A DNA stretch of 64,000 bases from a virus, in the IMG/VR virus record IMGVR_UViG_3300035685_000001, positions 1 to 64,000 of that record, one strand, 5' to 3'. This document shows, one piece after another, positions 1-8,628 of this stretch. The position numbers and the translations under genes are program-made. Within the stretch, counting starts at the first letter, position 1. Each line of letters opens with the position of its first letter. The notes beneath the pieces are model-generated. The model saw only the letters and a program-made list of their open reading frames with translations, was not told where the DNA came from and ran no database searches.

Positions 1-1
1 T

Positions 2-1093
2 AAGCTGCCAACTCTAACTAACGGTAAAGCTCAAGTAGTTTTAGACTTTCCCACTAACCAGACTGTTACTGTAAGCAATCAACCAACGCCCTTAGACATC
101 TCTGCACTCAGCAAAGACTCTACACTTGCGAGCATCTTAGTCAAGCTGCCTAGCCTTGTTAATGGTAAGACTCAGGTTGACTTCCCACAGAATCAGACAG
201 TTACAGTAAGTAATCCGTTAGACGTTAGTGCATTGGGGAAAGATACGACACTTACTTCTATTCTCAATCGGATGCCTGTTGCTCCTTCTTTAGGTGATTC
301 ACCTTTATGGACTGTTGCTCGCACTAAGAAAGTAGAGGGTCTAGATTCTTTCGCTATGACCTTTCTTGGTAGACGTTTAGCAACTTTTGCTACAGGCTTT
401 ACAGATATTGCAGAATTTGAACTTCAGACAGTAGGCAACAACTTAAGGAGTCCGACACTTACAGGCGCGCACACAGTTGAAATAATCTCATCTAATGCTG
501 CGGACTCTGCAACAGGTACAGGCATTAGAACGGTTGAAGTAATGTACCTAGATGAAGGATTCAACTTCAGAGCTACAAGCGTTACCCTTAACGGCACTAC
601 TGCTGTACAAGTTCAGAAGGATGGCGTAGCCATCAAGCCAACTTGCATCCTTAAAATGCAAACTACTAGCCATGGCACAAGTGCGGGTGCGGTAGGGACT
701 GTCACTTTACGGACACCTGCTGGTACGTTGCAAGCGGCTGTCACCCCTGTTGATCAGATTAGTGTCGGCTTTACTTCTAGCTTCTCTGCCAGGACTTGTG
801 TACCTGAAGGTTATCTGGGCTATGTAATAGACGTTACAGGAGCAGGAATTACAGCAAATCATGACTTTCACCTGCTCGCCACTGTTGCTCAGTCTGATAA
901 GCGGTTGCTTGATGGAGTGTTTAGCAGTCTAGACTTTTTTACAGCTAACGCTGGCACTATCCCTGTTAATCGTGATGAGAATTTTTACGAGCTGCCAAGT
1001 CGTTGTAGAGTAAGGCTCGCAAGTAGGGCTAGTGCTACTACTGCGAGCGCTACAGGTAGCTTTACGGTAGTGTTCGTTAAGAAGCCTGTTTAG
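2..1093 (+). CDS. Tail-fibre-like structural protein (5' end outside window) with tandem 42-47 aa repeats
   Basis: Frame 2 is open from nt 2; the track ORF 233..1093 starts at an internal TTG. nt 2-142 and 143-268 translate to two copies of KLP.L.NGK.QV.DFP.NQTVTVSN..LD.SAL.KD.TL.SIL. Function is guessed from the repeat architecture only. Confidence 0.55.
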   Translation, partial: KLPTLTNGKAQVVLDFPTNQTVTVSNQPTPLDISALSKDSTLASILVKLPSLVNGKTQVDFPQNQTVTVSNPLDVSALGKDTTLTSILNRMPVAPSLGDSPLWTVARTKKVEGLDSFAMTFLGRRLATFATGFTDIAEFELQTVGNNLRSPTLTGAHTVEIISSNAADSATGTGIRTVEVMYLDEGFNFRATSVTLNGTTAVQVQKDGVAIKPTCILKMQTTSHGTSAGAVGTVTLRTPAGTLQAAVTPVDQISVGFTSSFSARTCVPEGYLGYVIDVTGAGITANHDFHLLATVAQSDKRLLDGVFSSLDFFTANAGTIPVNRDENFYELPSRCRVRLASRASATTASATGSFTVVFVKKPV

Positions 1094-1103
1094 GGTTCTG
1101 AGA

Positions 1104-1131
1104 AGTCGCTTAAAGATGAGCGGCTTTTTTA
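1104..1131 (+). terminator. Rho-independent terminator
   Basis: 7-bp stem AGTCGCT/AGCGGCT (one G-U pair) followed by T6. Confidence 0.6.
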
Positions 1132-1160
1132 TTGACATTTAGTTGACGTTTAGCTAAATT
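1132..1160 (+). promoter_or_regulatory. Sigma70-type promoter with internal second TTGAC box
   Basis: TTGACA(1132-1137), 17-nt spacer containing TTGACGTTTAGC, then TAAATT(1155-1160). Confidence 0.55.
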
Positions 1161-1187
1161 CATAAATGTACAGATAAACTTAAAGGA

Positions 1188-1391
1188 ATGGGATTCACAA
1201 CAACTAAAGCCTTTGAGCGTCGTAGCAAGATAGACAATCAGCTACAAGTCTCAATTCCTGTTGGTACTCGCATTGAAGCTGAGCACTTATTCAACGATCA
1301 GTACGAAATTACAGCAGATAAGCCTATTACCAAAAACAACGACAACTCTATTTATGTTAGTAAACGAGAACTAGACTCAATGGAAAGTTGA
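1188..1391 (+). CDS. Hypothetical protein
   Basis: Track ORF framed by a terminator-promoter cassette (1104-1160) and a strong terminator (1411-1438). Confidence 0.5.
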   Translation: MGFTTTKAFERRSKIDNQLQVSIPVGTRIEAEHLFNDQYEITADKPITKNNDNSIYVSKRELDSMES

Positions 1392-1410
1392 AACTCAAGC
1401 CTCAAACTCA

Positions 1411-1438
1411 AAAGCCGACTGTAGTAGTCGGCTTTTTG
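1411..1438 (+). terminator. Rho-independent terminator
   Basis: Stem AGCCGACT/AGTCGGCT followed by T5. Confidence 0.75.
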
Positions 1439-1459
1439 CTGCTTATCATTCTCTTCTAG

Positions 1460-1488
1460 TTGCCTTCTAATACTGTTAGTGCTAAATT
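1460..1488 (+). promoter_or_regulatory. Candidate promoter with operator-like inverted repeat
   Basis: TTGCCT, 17-nt spacer, TAAATT. The -10 box sits inside the inverted repeat TTAGTGC (1476-1482) / GCACTAA (1499-1505). Confidence 0.4.
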
Positions 1489-1585
1489 AGCGATAATCGC
1501 ACTAAAGCGGATAGCTCACCTCTCCATAAGCTACCCGCTCGCGCCTAAGCGCTAACCCCTAACAACCATTTTTGAGGTTACAACA

Positions 1586-1861
1586 ATGAAATCATATCAA
1601 CTCCCGTCAGAGCTAGAGGCAATTGGCTTGTATTTACACCCACTAGAGCTTAAAGAAAAGTGGGGTTTAAGCTTTGAGGAACTAGCAGACGTTACAGGGG
1701 GAGACTTAACCACCCTAAAGCGTTATAGCTTTCCAGATTATGCAAAGACAAAGCGTACTCCTTACCGAAATAAAACCATTCTGAGAGTTGCCAAGGTGCT
1801 AGATGAACTTTGGACTATCAAAGGTTGCCCATTCTCACAGACACAAGGCAGGGCTGCATAG
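1586..1861 (+). CDS. Hypothetical protein (possible HTH)
   Basis: Track ORF with GAGG about 8 nt upstream of the ATG. Its stop abuts the ATG of the next gene. Confidence 0.5.
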   Translation: MKSYQLPSELEAIGLYLHPLELKEKWGLSFEELADVTGGDLTTLKRYSFPDYAKTKRTPYRNKTILRVAKVLDELWTIKGCPFSQTQGRAA

Positions 1862-2401
1862 ATGGAAAGCTTAGAAGACATCTTGCAATTGCCTTGTGTG
1901 GATTTTCGACTTAAAAGACTATTGCCTGACGCAAGAGGTATTTATTTTCTCGTGGTGCAGTCCTCAGAGTTGATTTATTTAGGTAAAACGTGTGTGTCTT
2001 TTAAGCAACGATGGCAACAGCATCATGTAGGAACGTTTGTTAGACGAATTTTAAGGAGAGCTTCTGAGTACGGATGGGAAGATGCTTGTTTTAAAATTCA
2101 TTATCTTGAACAGAATTATCTTACTGAGGTTCAGATGCATGAATTAGAGCAATGTCTGATTGCTGAGTTTTGTCCTATTTGGAACGGTATGAAGGGTGGG
2201 AAAGTATGTGAACCCATTTTGGACTTGTTTGGTTTTAAGAAGCCTGACAATATTCCACTTTCATCTTATGAGCTTGAAAAAATAGAAGCTCGCCAATTAA
2301 GACAAAAGGCAAGAGCTTGCGAGTTGTACTTAGAGTATGTAGAGAGGTGCAATGCAGAGGGCGTTAACTTTGCAAGAGACGAAGCTTTTAGATTTTGCTA
2401 G
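1862..2401 (+). CDS. GIY-YIG nuclease domain protein (homing-endonuclease-like)
   Basis: N-terminal GIYFLVVQSSELIYLGKT matches the GIY-x9-YLG motif spacing. A terminator follows at 2426-2453. Confidence 0.6.
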   Translation: MESLEDILQLPCVDFRLKRLLPDARGIYFLVVQSSELIYLGKTCVSFKQRWQQHHVGTFVRRILRRASEYGWEDACFKIHYLEQNYLTEVQMHELEQCLIAEFCPIWNGMKGGKVCEPILDLFGFKKPDNIPLSSYELEKIEARQLRQKARACELYLEYVERCNAEGVNFARDEAFRFC

Positions 2402-2425
2402 TCTCAGCAAGACGTTGAAATTTAA

Positions 2426-2453
2426 ACGCTTAGCAATTGCTAAGCGTTTTTTT
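2426..2453 (+). terminator. Rho-independent terminator
   Basis: Palindrome ACGCTTAGCAA/TTGCTAAGCGT followed by T7. Confidence 0.75.
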
Positions 2454-2537
2454 ATGCTTAAACACCCTCAAAACGCTTTAAATTTTCATCAAACTTTTTC
2501 TTGTCACAGAGTCGCAGAACCTTACGCTGCAAGCGTT

Positions 2538-2750
2538 TAGAACAAGTTGCAATAGATTTTTGAAGCTCAGGACACAAACAAGCATTTTTCTACGCATATA
2601 TAGATGTCTCATAGGAATATCTAAACGTCAATAGAACAAGTAATTTTCAGCACATATATAGATATCAAACAACAAACAAGCAAAGCACCTGTAGTCACAA
2701 ATACTATATATGCAAACAAGAAACTGATTGCGTAGGCTGTTCTTGTTCTA
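2538..2750. repeat. Iteron-like repeat cluster in a 300-nt non-coding region
   Basis: TAGAACAAG at 2538 and 2632, inverted at 2742. GCATATATAG at 2594, CATATATAG at 2653, inverted CTATATATGC at 2704. ACAAACAAGCA at 2574 and 2672. Confidence 0.6.
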
Positions 2751-2838
2751 TTAGTGCAATGTACTTGTGAGGCAATTGCACCTGACTTACAGGTGACTAG
2801 AGATTTATAGTTAATTCAGTGAACACAGTAAAAGACCG

Positions 2839-3333
2839 ATGGCAAACAAAACAGCGTTACGTCTCTTTTATGAGGAGGAGGTTAAACAAAAAGTCTGTGA
2901 CACAACATGGAGTCGGGTTAAGCGACGATTGCGGCTAAACGAAAACACTCTAGATAGCGAATCTAAAGTCAAAGCTGCCGAAAGAATCAAAGCTTACGCC
3001 TATCTCCATAGGGTTTATCCAAACAGGCGTATCACGGTCGATTCAGTTGAGCAGTTTCTAGTCATTAAGCAATTCCTTCTAACTAACTCTGCTGAACTTG
3101 AATGCACTGGTAAAGACATCTATGAGCTAGCAACCCGACTCGATCCACGTCCCTCTGATTCCACCATTTATAGATGGGGAGAAGAAATAGGTATCAAGTT
3201 CAGTAAGACTCAAACTTACAAAGGGCTAGAGGTTAATCAGTGGATCGAAAAGATTGCTAGCAACCCCAAGTACAAATACTTCACACAAAAACTAAGGAAA
3301 ATACAAGATGGACAGAATCAAAGAGTTGCTTGA
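2839..3333 (+). CDS. Hypothetical protein
   Basis: Track ORF; first gene after the repeat-rich non-coding region 2540-2838. Confidence 0.5.
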   Translation: MANKTALRLFYEEEVKQKVCDTTWSRVKRRLRLNENTLDSESKVKAAERIKAYAYLHRVYPNRRITVDSVEQFLVIKQFLLTNSAELECTGKDIYELATRLDPRPSDSTIYRWGEEIGIKFSKTQTYKGLEVNQWIEKIASNPKYKYFTQKLRKIQDGQNQRVA

Positions 3334-3799
3334 GTTTGAAGGCATCCAGGCAACAGACGAACAAATCAAAGCCCTTATCACTAGCCGCAACCTTAATCCG
3401 GAAGCGTTAAGTGATGAGCAAGCGGTTCAAATCGTAAGAGACATCAAAGTTGGCACAAAAGCGTTAGCCACAACCAATGGCAATGTAGCACCGGCTAACC
3501 AGAAACCTAAAGCACCTAGCAGAGGTCGCAAGAATGCCAAAGAAGTGAGTTTTAAAGACTCAATTGTTGCAGCGGCTAAAGAGACTGAAGGCGATATGGC
3601 TTCAATGGAAGCGGTTATTCGTCAGAACAAGCAACAGTATGTTGACTATCGTGCCAACAGCCTAGCTGATGAGATTGCTAACACTAGCACTGAAGTTGTA
3701 GAGGCACTTACTGAAAAGCTGTTGGAGGTGAAAGGTAGCCCTGAGACGTTTCACCAAATCGGCTCAGACATTAGTGCAGTCCTTTTCCCACTTAGCTAA
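3308..3799 (+). CDS. Hypothetical protein
   Basis: Track ORF, co-directional, with a short overlap with the previous ORF. Confidence 0.5.
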   Translation: MDRIKELLEFEGIQATDEQIKALITSRNLNPEALSDEQAVQIVRDIKVGTKALATTNGNVAPANQKPKAPSRGRKNAKEVSFKDSIVAAAKETEGDMASMEAVIRQNKQQYVDYRANSLADEIANTSTEVVEALTEKLLEVKGSPETFHQIGSDISAVLFPLS

Positions 3800-3882
3800 C
3801 AACCTAAGACCGCCTAACTACCTAGTGCTACTAGGCATCTTTCACTCACTACTACTGCTTACAACGTTAGGAGCAATTATCT

Positions 3883-4203
3883 GTGGACAACTACAAGAAG
3901 GAGGTAACGACAGACAGCAAGGTTCAATTCAGAGTCGGCAAGAATGGCGAGCTTGAGTTTCTATCCAATGGCTTAGACGAATGGCAACAGACAGAAGCAA
4001 TTAGTCAAGCTCGCACACTTGCCAACAGCAACGGCATACGCCAACAGAAGATTACGGAAATTCAAAGCACCACAGCTATTGCAAGTCACGTAATCATGGC
4101 TAGCTTCTTAACCCTTGTGGTGTTTGGGACAAGCTTTTCGTGTAGTCGGCTAGTCAGCACTCAATTCAATCAATCAACACAAACTATGGAGCAATCAAAA
4201 TAA
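3883..4203 (+). CDS. Hypothetical protein with C-terminal hydrophobic segment
   Basis: GTG start with AGGAG about 10 nt upstream. Hydrophobic stretch VIMASFLTLVVFGTSF. Confidence 0.45.
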   Translation: MDNYKKEVTTDSKVQFRVGKNGELEFLSNGLDEWQQTEAISQARTLANSNGIRQQKITEIQSTTAIASHVIMASFLTLVVFGTSFSCSRLVSTQFNQSTQTMEQSK

Positions 4204-4649
4204 TGGTATTAGGTCAAGCAATCAAGTTTTCAGGCGGTGGTATCGGATACGGGAAGGGTTTAGCATCCGGCTTAAACCCCGAAGACATGAGACAGGTGGA
4301 GGCTCGCGCTAAGAAAGTGATGACGCGAGCCGGAAAGATTCCAATGAAGTCTTCGGCTCAATCAGTACTAAATGCAGCTAAGGTAGCATCATTCATGGAG
4401 AATCAAAACGAACTCATCAAGCAAGAGCTAGACATGAAAGGCAGACAGATTAATGCTGCTCTAGACAACCGTGAGGCAGCTATTAACTTTGTCGGAGTCA
4501 AAATGAAAGCTGAACAGCGTTATCAACAGCAAGGCGCAAAACTTCAAGAGATGACCCTACGGCACCGTCTAGAAACTGGAGTCATTCAATCCGAGTCTGT
4601 AGGCACTCAGCAAGCCTACGTTAAGCAGTCACGAATTGACACATTGTAA
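4203..4649 (+). CDS. Hypothetical protein
   Basis: Track ORF; TAATG stop/start overlap with the upstream ORF. Confidence 0.5.
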   Translation: MVLGQAIKFSGGGIGYGKGLASGLNPEDMRQVEARAKKVMTRAGKIPMKSSAQSVLNAAKVASFMENQNELIKQELDMKGRQINAALDNREAAINFVGVKMKAEQRYQQQGAKLQEMTLRHRLETGVIQSESVGTQQAYVKQSRIDTL

Positions 4650-4661
4650 GGAGAACCCTAA

Positions 4662-4820
4662 ATGTTTAAAGTGACTTACGAAGACCAGCTAGTATCGACA
4701 GACCTAGATTTAAATGAGGCAACACAATTAGCAGAAGAGTTAAATTCTGAAGCATTACAAGACAATTGCGAACCTCTTTACCAAGTAGAACAGCAAGCAA
4801 GTTTTGAGGTGACACAATGA
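4662..4820 (+). CDS. Small hypothetical protein (52 aa, below track cutoff)
   Basis: ATG at 4662 preceded by AAGGAG (4648-4653). In-frame stop at 4818-4820 overlaps the next ATG (ATGA). Fills a gap otherwise covered only by an antisense ORF. Confidence 0.45.
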   Translation: MFKVTYEDQLVSTDLDLNEATQLAEELNSEALQDNCEPLYQVEQQASFEVTQ

Positions 4821-5089
4821 CACGGTTTATGATGTCGCTAATCACAACCATGCTCGCCTCAGCCTTATGGCTCGCACAACTTGCAACTAGCTTCGCAGTA
4901 ATCCGCTTCGGTTGTATCGTCCTACTGATTGGAATGTTCTTGGCTCTTGCAGTAGACGCTGCAATGGATTTTGCCAGGGTTCAAGCCGAAGGGCATGACG
5001 CTGAGTTAATTACTGTTATCACACCTCACATAGGATATGCATTAGGCTTATTGTTCTTAATTATTGTAGGAGTAATTGTAGGACTATGA
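4817..5089 (+). CDS. Small membrane protein (about 3 hydrophobic helices)
   Basis: Translation is dominated by hydrophobic stretches (LITTMLASALWLAQLA, CIVLLIGMFLALAV, ALGLLFLIIVGVIVGL). Confidence 0.5.
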   Translation: MTRFMMSLITTMLASALWLAQLATSFAVIRFGCIVLLIGMFLALAVDAAMDFARVQAEGHDAELITVITPHIGYALGLLFLIIVGVIVGL

Positions 5090-5289
5090 GCAGAGGAGGT
5101 GGACGCAACGGGATTGGGATTCAGGTAGCTAATAAACTCTTTGAAGATGTGGGTATAACATTCACAGACCTTAAAAAGACCGAGGGAGGCTACATTGCAA
5201 AACATCCAGATGGAACACAAACACTAAAGAGGGCAACAGTAACAGAACTATGTAGAACAATAATTAACTCTTGGTTCGTACTTAAATAA
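5086..5289 (+). CDS. Hypothetical protein
   Basis: ATGA overlap with the upstream ORF. Terminator at 5295-5320. Confidence 0.5.
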   Translation: MSRGGGRNGIGIQVANKLFEDVGITFTDLKKTEGGYIAKHPDGTQTLKRATVTELCRTIINSWFVLK

Positions 5290-5294
5290 CACAC

Positions 5295-5320
5295 AGCCCC
5301 GTAACAGGGGCTTTTATTTT
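5295..5320 (+). terminator. Rho-independent terminator
   Basis: Stem AGCCCC/GGGGCT followed by a T-rich tail. Confidence 0.7.
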
Positions 5321-5333
5321 AGGAGTAAAAACA

Positions 5334-6890
5334 ATGGTTTTATTTCAGACTGAAAGGGCAGCACTCAAGCCGACTAAAGTAATTGCTAACACTTACGATG
5401 CAATCTTCCTCAGCACAGCCGTTGTCACAATGGGCAGTGCATTAATGTTAAGTGGGTCGCTAGACAAGATTAGTAAAGCTCTGCTGACTACAACCTCTGT
5501 GGCATCCCTAGCTTGTTACACAATCAACTGCAAAGTCACAGAGAAAGCGAGAGCAGTAAACAAAGTATTTGAAGAAATACAATGGGATTCCATGAAGTAT
5601 TCCCTCAAGGAAGAAGAAGAGGTTTATGAACTTGCTGCACAGATTAATGGAGCTAGCCGCAAGGTAGAAGTAATCCTGAATAAGTCAAATCCTTGGGAGT
5701 GGCAACACTGGGCAAGGCAAGGCAAGGTAGTAGAAATATTTCCACCAGTAGGAGACTTAACAGGCGAGCAGATAGAACAACCGACAGTAGCTAATAATGT
5801 TGCTGTACCTCAGGCGCAAGTCAATACCTTTACTCAAGAGACTGTTAACAGTGTTGTTGCTCCTGATGAAATGGCACAACTTCAAACCTTAGCAGCAGCC
5901 TATCCTAATTTTGTTCGGATTGATTCAGATTGGTTAGATGAGCTTTGCAGAGATGCAAGCAACCCCAACATGAGTAAGCGTTTTAATCATCACTTTTGCA
6001 TTACAGGTGAAACACAATCAGGTAAGTCCACTATTGCAGGGGTGATAGTTAATAAGATTTCTGCTAACTCTGGAAAGCCATCTACTGTTATTGGTTCAGA
6101 CCCTAAAGACGGAGTTACTCGTTGGTTGTGCAAGTTTAGCTTTTTGTTTGAAGGCTACCAACAAGTAGACAACTGGATTCAATTTGCATTCAGACAAGCT
6201 GAAGAACAAAAGAAAGCTTACGCTAAGAACCCTGAAGAGACTGGTGAGCTATTCTTCATCCAAGATGAAGTTGATACTACTTTTGGCAATGGAAAGGGCT
6301 TCTTAGGCTTCCAAGGTGCCAACAAGAAGCTTGCAGCTTCACAGGCGCAGTCAGCACAGTCCTTGTGGAACTATCTTGTCAAGTTTACTGCTGGGATGAA
6401 AGGACATTATATCGGACTAGGGCAGTCTCCACTATCTCAAGATACTGGTTTAAGCCGTCCAGCTTACAAGTCGGTCTGTTTTATTGCACTTGGTTCAACA
6501 GTCGATTACATCTTTGAACATCCGGCTGATTTCTTGCGGGTCAATAAAGAAACTCAGGAAATCCTCAATGATGCTGCTGAGTTTATGAAAAATGCAGGTT
6601 TGCGTTTTGCCCTTGTAGTCCCGATGAGAGGCAACCCTTACATTGCTCTGATTCCTCAGTTCGATATTGAGTCAATGCAGGTCTCTACCAACGTTAAAGA
6701 AATTGCCGATAGTGACCCTAATCTTAAGACTCTGCCTCAGCTAGAAGCTGAAATGATGGAATGGGTACAAAACCTTGATGAGTTACCGTCACCCGTACAA
6801 GTTAAAGAGAAGTGGGAATCTATGAGCGGTAAACCACTAGAAGCTAATCAGCTTAAGGCAATCCTCAAAGGTCTAGGCTTAATGGAGTAA
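5334..6890 (+). CDS. Membrane-anchored P-loop NTPase (FtsK/HerA/coupling-protein-like)
   Basis: N-terminal hydrophobic helices, Walker A GETQSGKST and Walker B-like LFFIQDEVD. The family is not resolved by eye. Confidence 0.5.
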   Translation: MVLFQTERAALKPTKVIANTYDAIFLSTAVVTMGSALMLSGSLDKISKALLTTTSVASLACYTINCKVTEKARAVNKVFEEIQWDSMKYSLKEEEEVYELAAQINGASRKVEVILNKSNPWEWQHWARQGKVVEIFPPVGDLTGEQIEQPTVANNVAVPQAQVNTFTQETVNSVVAPDEMAQLQTLAAAYPNFVRIDSDWLDELCRDASNPNMSKRFNHHFCITGETQSGKSTIAGVIVNKISANSGKPSTVIGSDPKDGVTRWLCKFSFLFEGYQQVDNWIQFAFRQAEEQKKAYAKNPEETGELFFIQDEVDTTFGNGKGFLGFQGANKKLAASQAQSAQSLWNYLVKFTAGMKGHYIGLGQSPLSQDTGLSRPAYKSVCFIALGSTVDYIFEHPADFLRVNKETQEILNDAAEFMKNAGLRFALVVPMRGNPYIALIPQFDIESMQVSTNVKEIADSDPNLKTLPQLEAEMMEWVQNLDELPSPVQVKEKWESMSGKPLEANQLKAILKGLGLME

Positions 6891-6895
6891 TCAAC

Positions 6896-7153
6896 ATGAA
6901 CAAATATGAATTAATTCTCAGCTTTTCCCATCCTGGCAATTTTCATACAGCGGGTTTTATGAAACGTATGAAAAATAGTAATTGTCATGATGCTTTATTA
7001 GGAGAAGGGAATACTTGCCAAAAACGTATAGGACTATATTTCCTACGTGACGCTGAGTCATTGGAGAGCGCATTAAATAAAGCGCTTGCTGACACTAAAG
7101 AGTTCTCACCAGAGTTAACCCTTTTAGAGGTTAAAGCCAAGGTGATTAAATGA
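6896..7153 (+). CDS. Hypothetical protein
   Basis: Track ORF; ATGA overlap with the next gene. Confidence 0.45.
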   Translation: MNKYELILSFSHPGNFHTAGFMKRMKNSNCHDALLGEGNTCQKRIGLYFLRDAESLESALNKALADTKEFSPELTLLEVKAKVIK

Positions 7154-7488
7154 CAACTTACTTCTATCAAAATCTACGATGGGACGTGCGCTACCCTCCT
7201 AACTGGTCTGACATCAGGCGAGCAACCCATGAGGCTACAGGAGGGATTTGCTGCTGCTGCAAACAAAACTTAAGCACTGAAGTCCATCACAGTCGTTATC
7301 TGTGGAAGGGTGACACGCCAGGGGTTAATGCTTTCGGGCTTTGTAATGGGTGTCACATATTAAGTCACTCTAAGGCTAACTGGATTAAGCACAAAGGAAA
7401 CCCACTCTGGAAAAGTAGAAATACTCCAGAGTGGGAAGCAAAGCTTATAGCGGGGTTCAATACGTTGTCATACAAAACGCATATCTAA
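7150..7488 (+). CDS. HNH endonuclease-like protein (paralog 1)
   Basis: CCCC...EVHHSRY...NAFGLCNGCHILSHSKANW: Cys cluster plus an HH..N..H pattern. Paralog of 8629..9045. Confidence 0.6.
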   Translation: MTTYFYQNLRWDVRYPPNWSDIRRATHEATGGICCCCKQNLSTEVHHSRYLWKGDTPGVNAFGLCNGCHILSHSKANWIKHKGNPLWKSRNTPEWEAKLIAGFNTLSYKTHI

Positions 7489-8231
7489 GATATTTCTCTA
7501 TGTTTTTTAAACCATAAGCGTCTTTGAGGATGCAAAACGTTAAGCCAATATTCATAAATATCTCTTTTTCTTTTAAGACATGGGACTTCACTACTTGAGT
7601 AGATTAAACTTCCAAGCGTTTTGATACTGTCTGCCTTAAATATTTGAACTCTCCAGACACCATTCTCTTGTATGTAATATTTTGAATCAATGTCTATTGA
7701 TTCAAAATATTCTTGAATTCCTTTGTGCATTTTTGATTTGCCGCAAATGTATACGGATAATGTCCCGTTGAATTTTGATTTTGTCTTCATGAGTCTTATG
7801 GAGCCGTCTCCATCTATGCACCCTCTTATAAAACCTGGCATAAACTCATGAGGTATATTGGGCATCCCAATAGTTAGACTTTTACTTTCATATAGCCCTA
7901 TTTCTCTTAATCTATTGGCAATAATTTTATTACTACAGACCCAATCAGAAGCTATTTTATTCTTCCTCTCTTTTATTGGTCTTTTATTTTCGGTAAGAAC
8001 ATTTACAATTTCTAGCATCTCTACATCTTTAGAACAAATGCTGATTTGATTCCCGTTTATATTTCCATCTGTCCAAATTAAACCAAGAACCCAGGCAAGT
8101 TCATCACTCCACTCAAAAAAGAAATTTTCGTTTATTTCGTACTTTACGTACTCTTTTACTAACCCTAAGCGCTTCTTTTGTCTTGCTAGTGTTCGAGGGC
8201 TACCTGTTCCAATTGGCAAAAATGAAGGCAT
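7485..8231 (-). CDS. LAGLIDADG homing endonuclease (two-motif)
   Basis: Motifs LGLIWTDGNI and FIRGCIDGDGSI. Visibly AT-richer than its neighbours and opposite in strand to them. Confidence 0.75.
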   Translation of the reverse strand: MPSFLPIGTGSPRTLARQKKRLGLVKEYVKYEINENFFFEWSDELAWVLGLIWTDGNINGNQISICSKDVEMLEIVNVLTENKRPIKERKNKIASDWVCSNKIIANRLREIGLYESKSLTIGMPNIPHEFMPGFIRGCIDGDGSIRLMKTKSKFNGTLSVYICGKSKMHKGIQEYFESIDIDSKYYIQENGVWRVQIFKADSIKTLGSLIYSSSEVPCLKRKRDIYEYWLNVLHPQRRLWFKKHREIS

Positions 8232-8281
8232 GAGAATTAAATGTGATACAATACATTAATTATGTCATATCCTACATCCAA

Positions 8282-8497
8282 ATGAGATCAGCAAAAATAC
8301 TCACTTGTCGCGTCAGAATCCTAATGGCTGAAAAAATGCCTCCTATTACCCAAAAACAATTAATTGAAGAGACTGGGCTAAATAGTCACACCATTGGAAA
8401 ACTTTACAATAATAAGTTTTCACGAGTAGACAAGTTGACAATTGAAAAGCTTTGCAGCTATTTTAACTGTTCACTATCAGACCTATTTGAGCTATGA
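8282..8497 (+). CDS. XRE/Cro-type helix-turn-helix regulator
   Basis: RVRILMAEK..ITQKQLIEETGLNSHTIGKLYNN...LSDLFEL is a typical XRE HTH layout. I prefer the internal ATG at 8282 over the track start at 8243. Confidence 0.65.
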   Translation: MRSAKILTCRVRILMAEKMPPITQKQLIEETGLNSHTIGKLYNNKFSRVDKLTIEKLCSYFNCSLSDLFEL

Positions 8498-8628
8498 AGC
8501 ATTTCTTAATGCAATTATTTTTAGAATTACTGTTAATGGTTGTTTCTATAGACTCTTCTGTGGATTCAGCCATTTTTGTTAATATTGTCCATATTGAATT
8601 GACGGAGATTGTAAATGGTTAGCAACAA

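Noticed and set aside
2352-2540. Plus-strand ORF of 62 aa overlapping the GIY-YIG gene's 3' end
   Set aside because: It reads straight through a strong rho-independent terminator (2426-2453) and lies in an alternative frame of the GIY-YIG gene's end.
4666-4851. Minus-strand ORF of 61 aa
   Set aside because: The same interval holds a plus-strand 52-aa ORF (4662..4820) with an AAGGAG ribosome-binding site and an ATGA overlap to the next plus-strand gene. That fits the operon context better.
7858-8049. Plus-strand 63-aa ORF inside the LAGLIDADG gene
   Set aside because: It is antisense to an ORF with two clear LAGLIDADG motifs, and its hydrophobic low-complexity translation is typical of AT-rich antisense frames.
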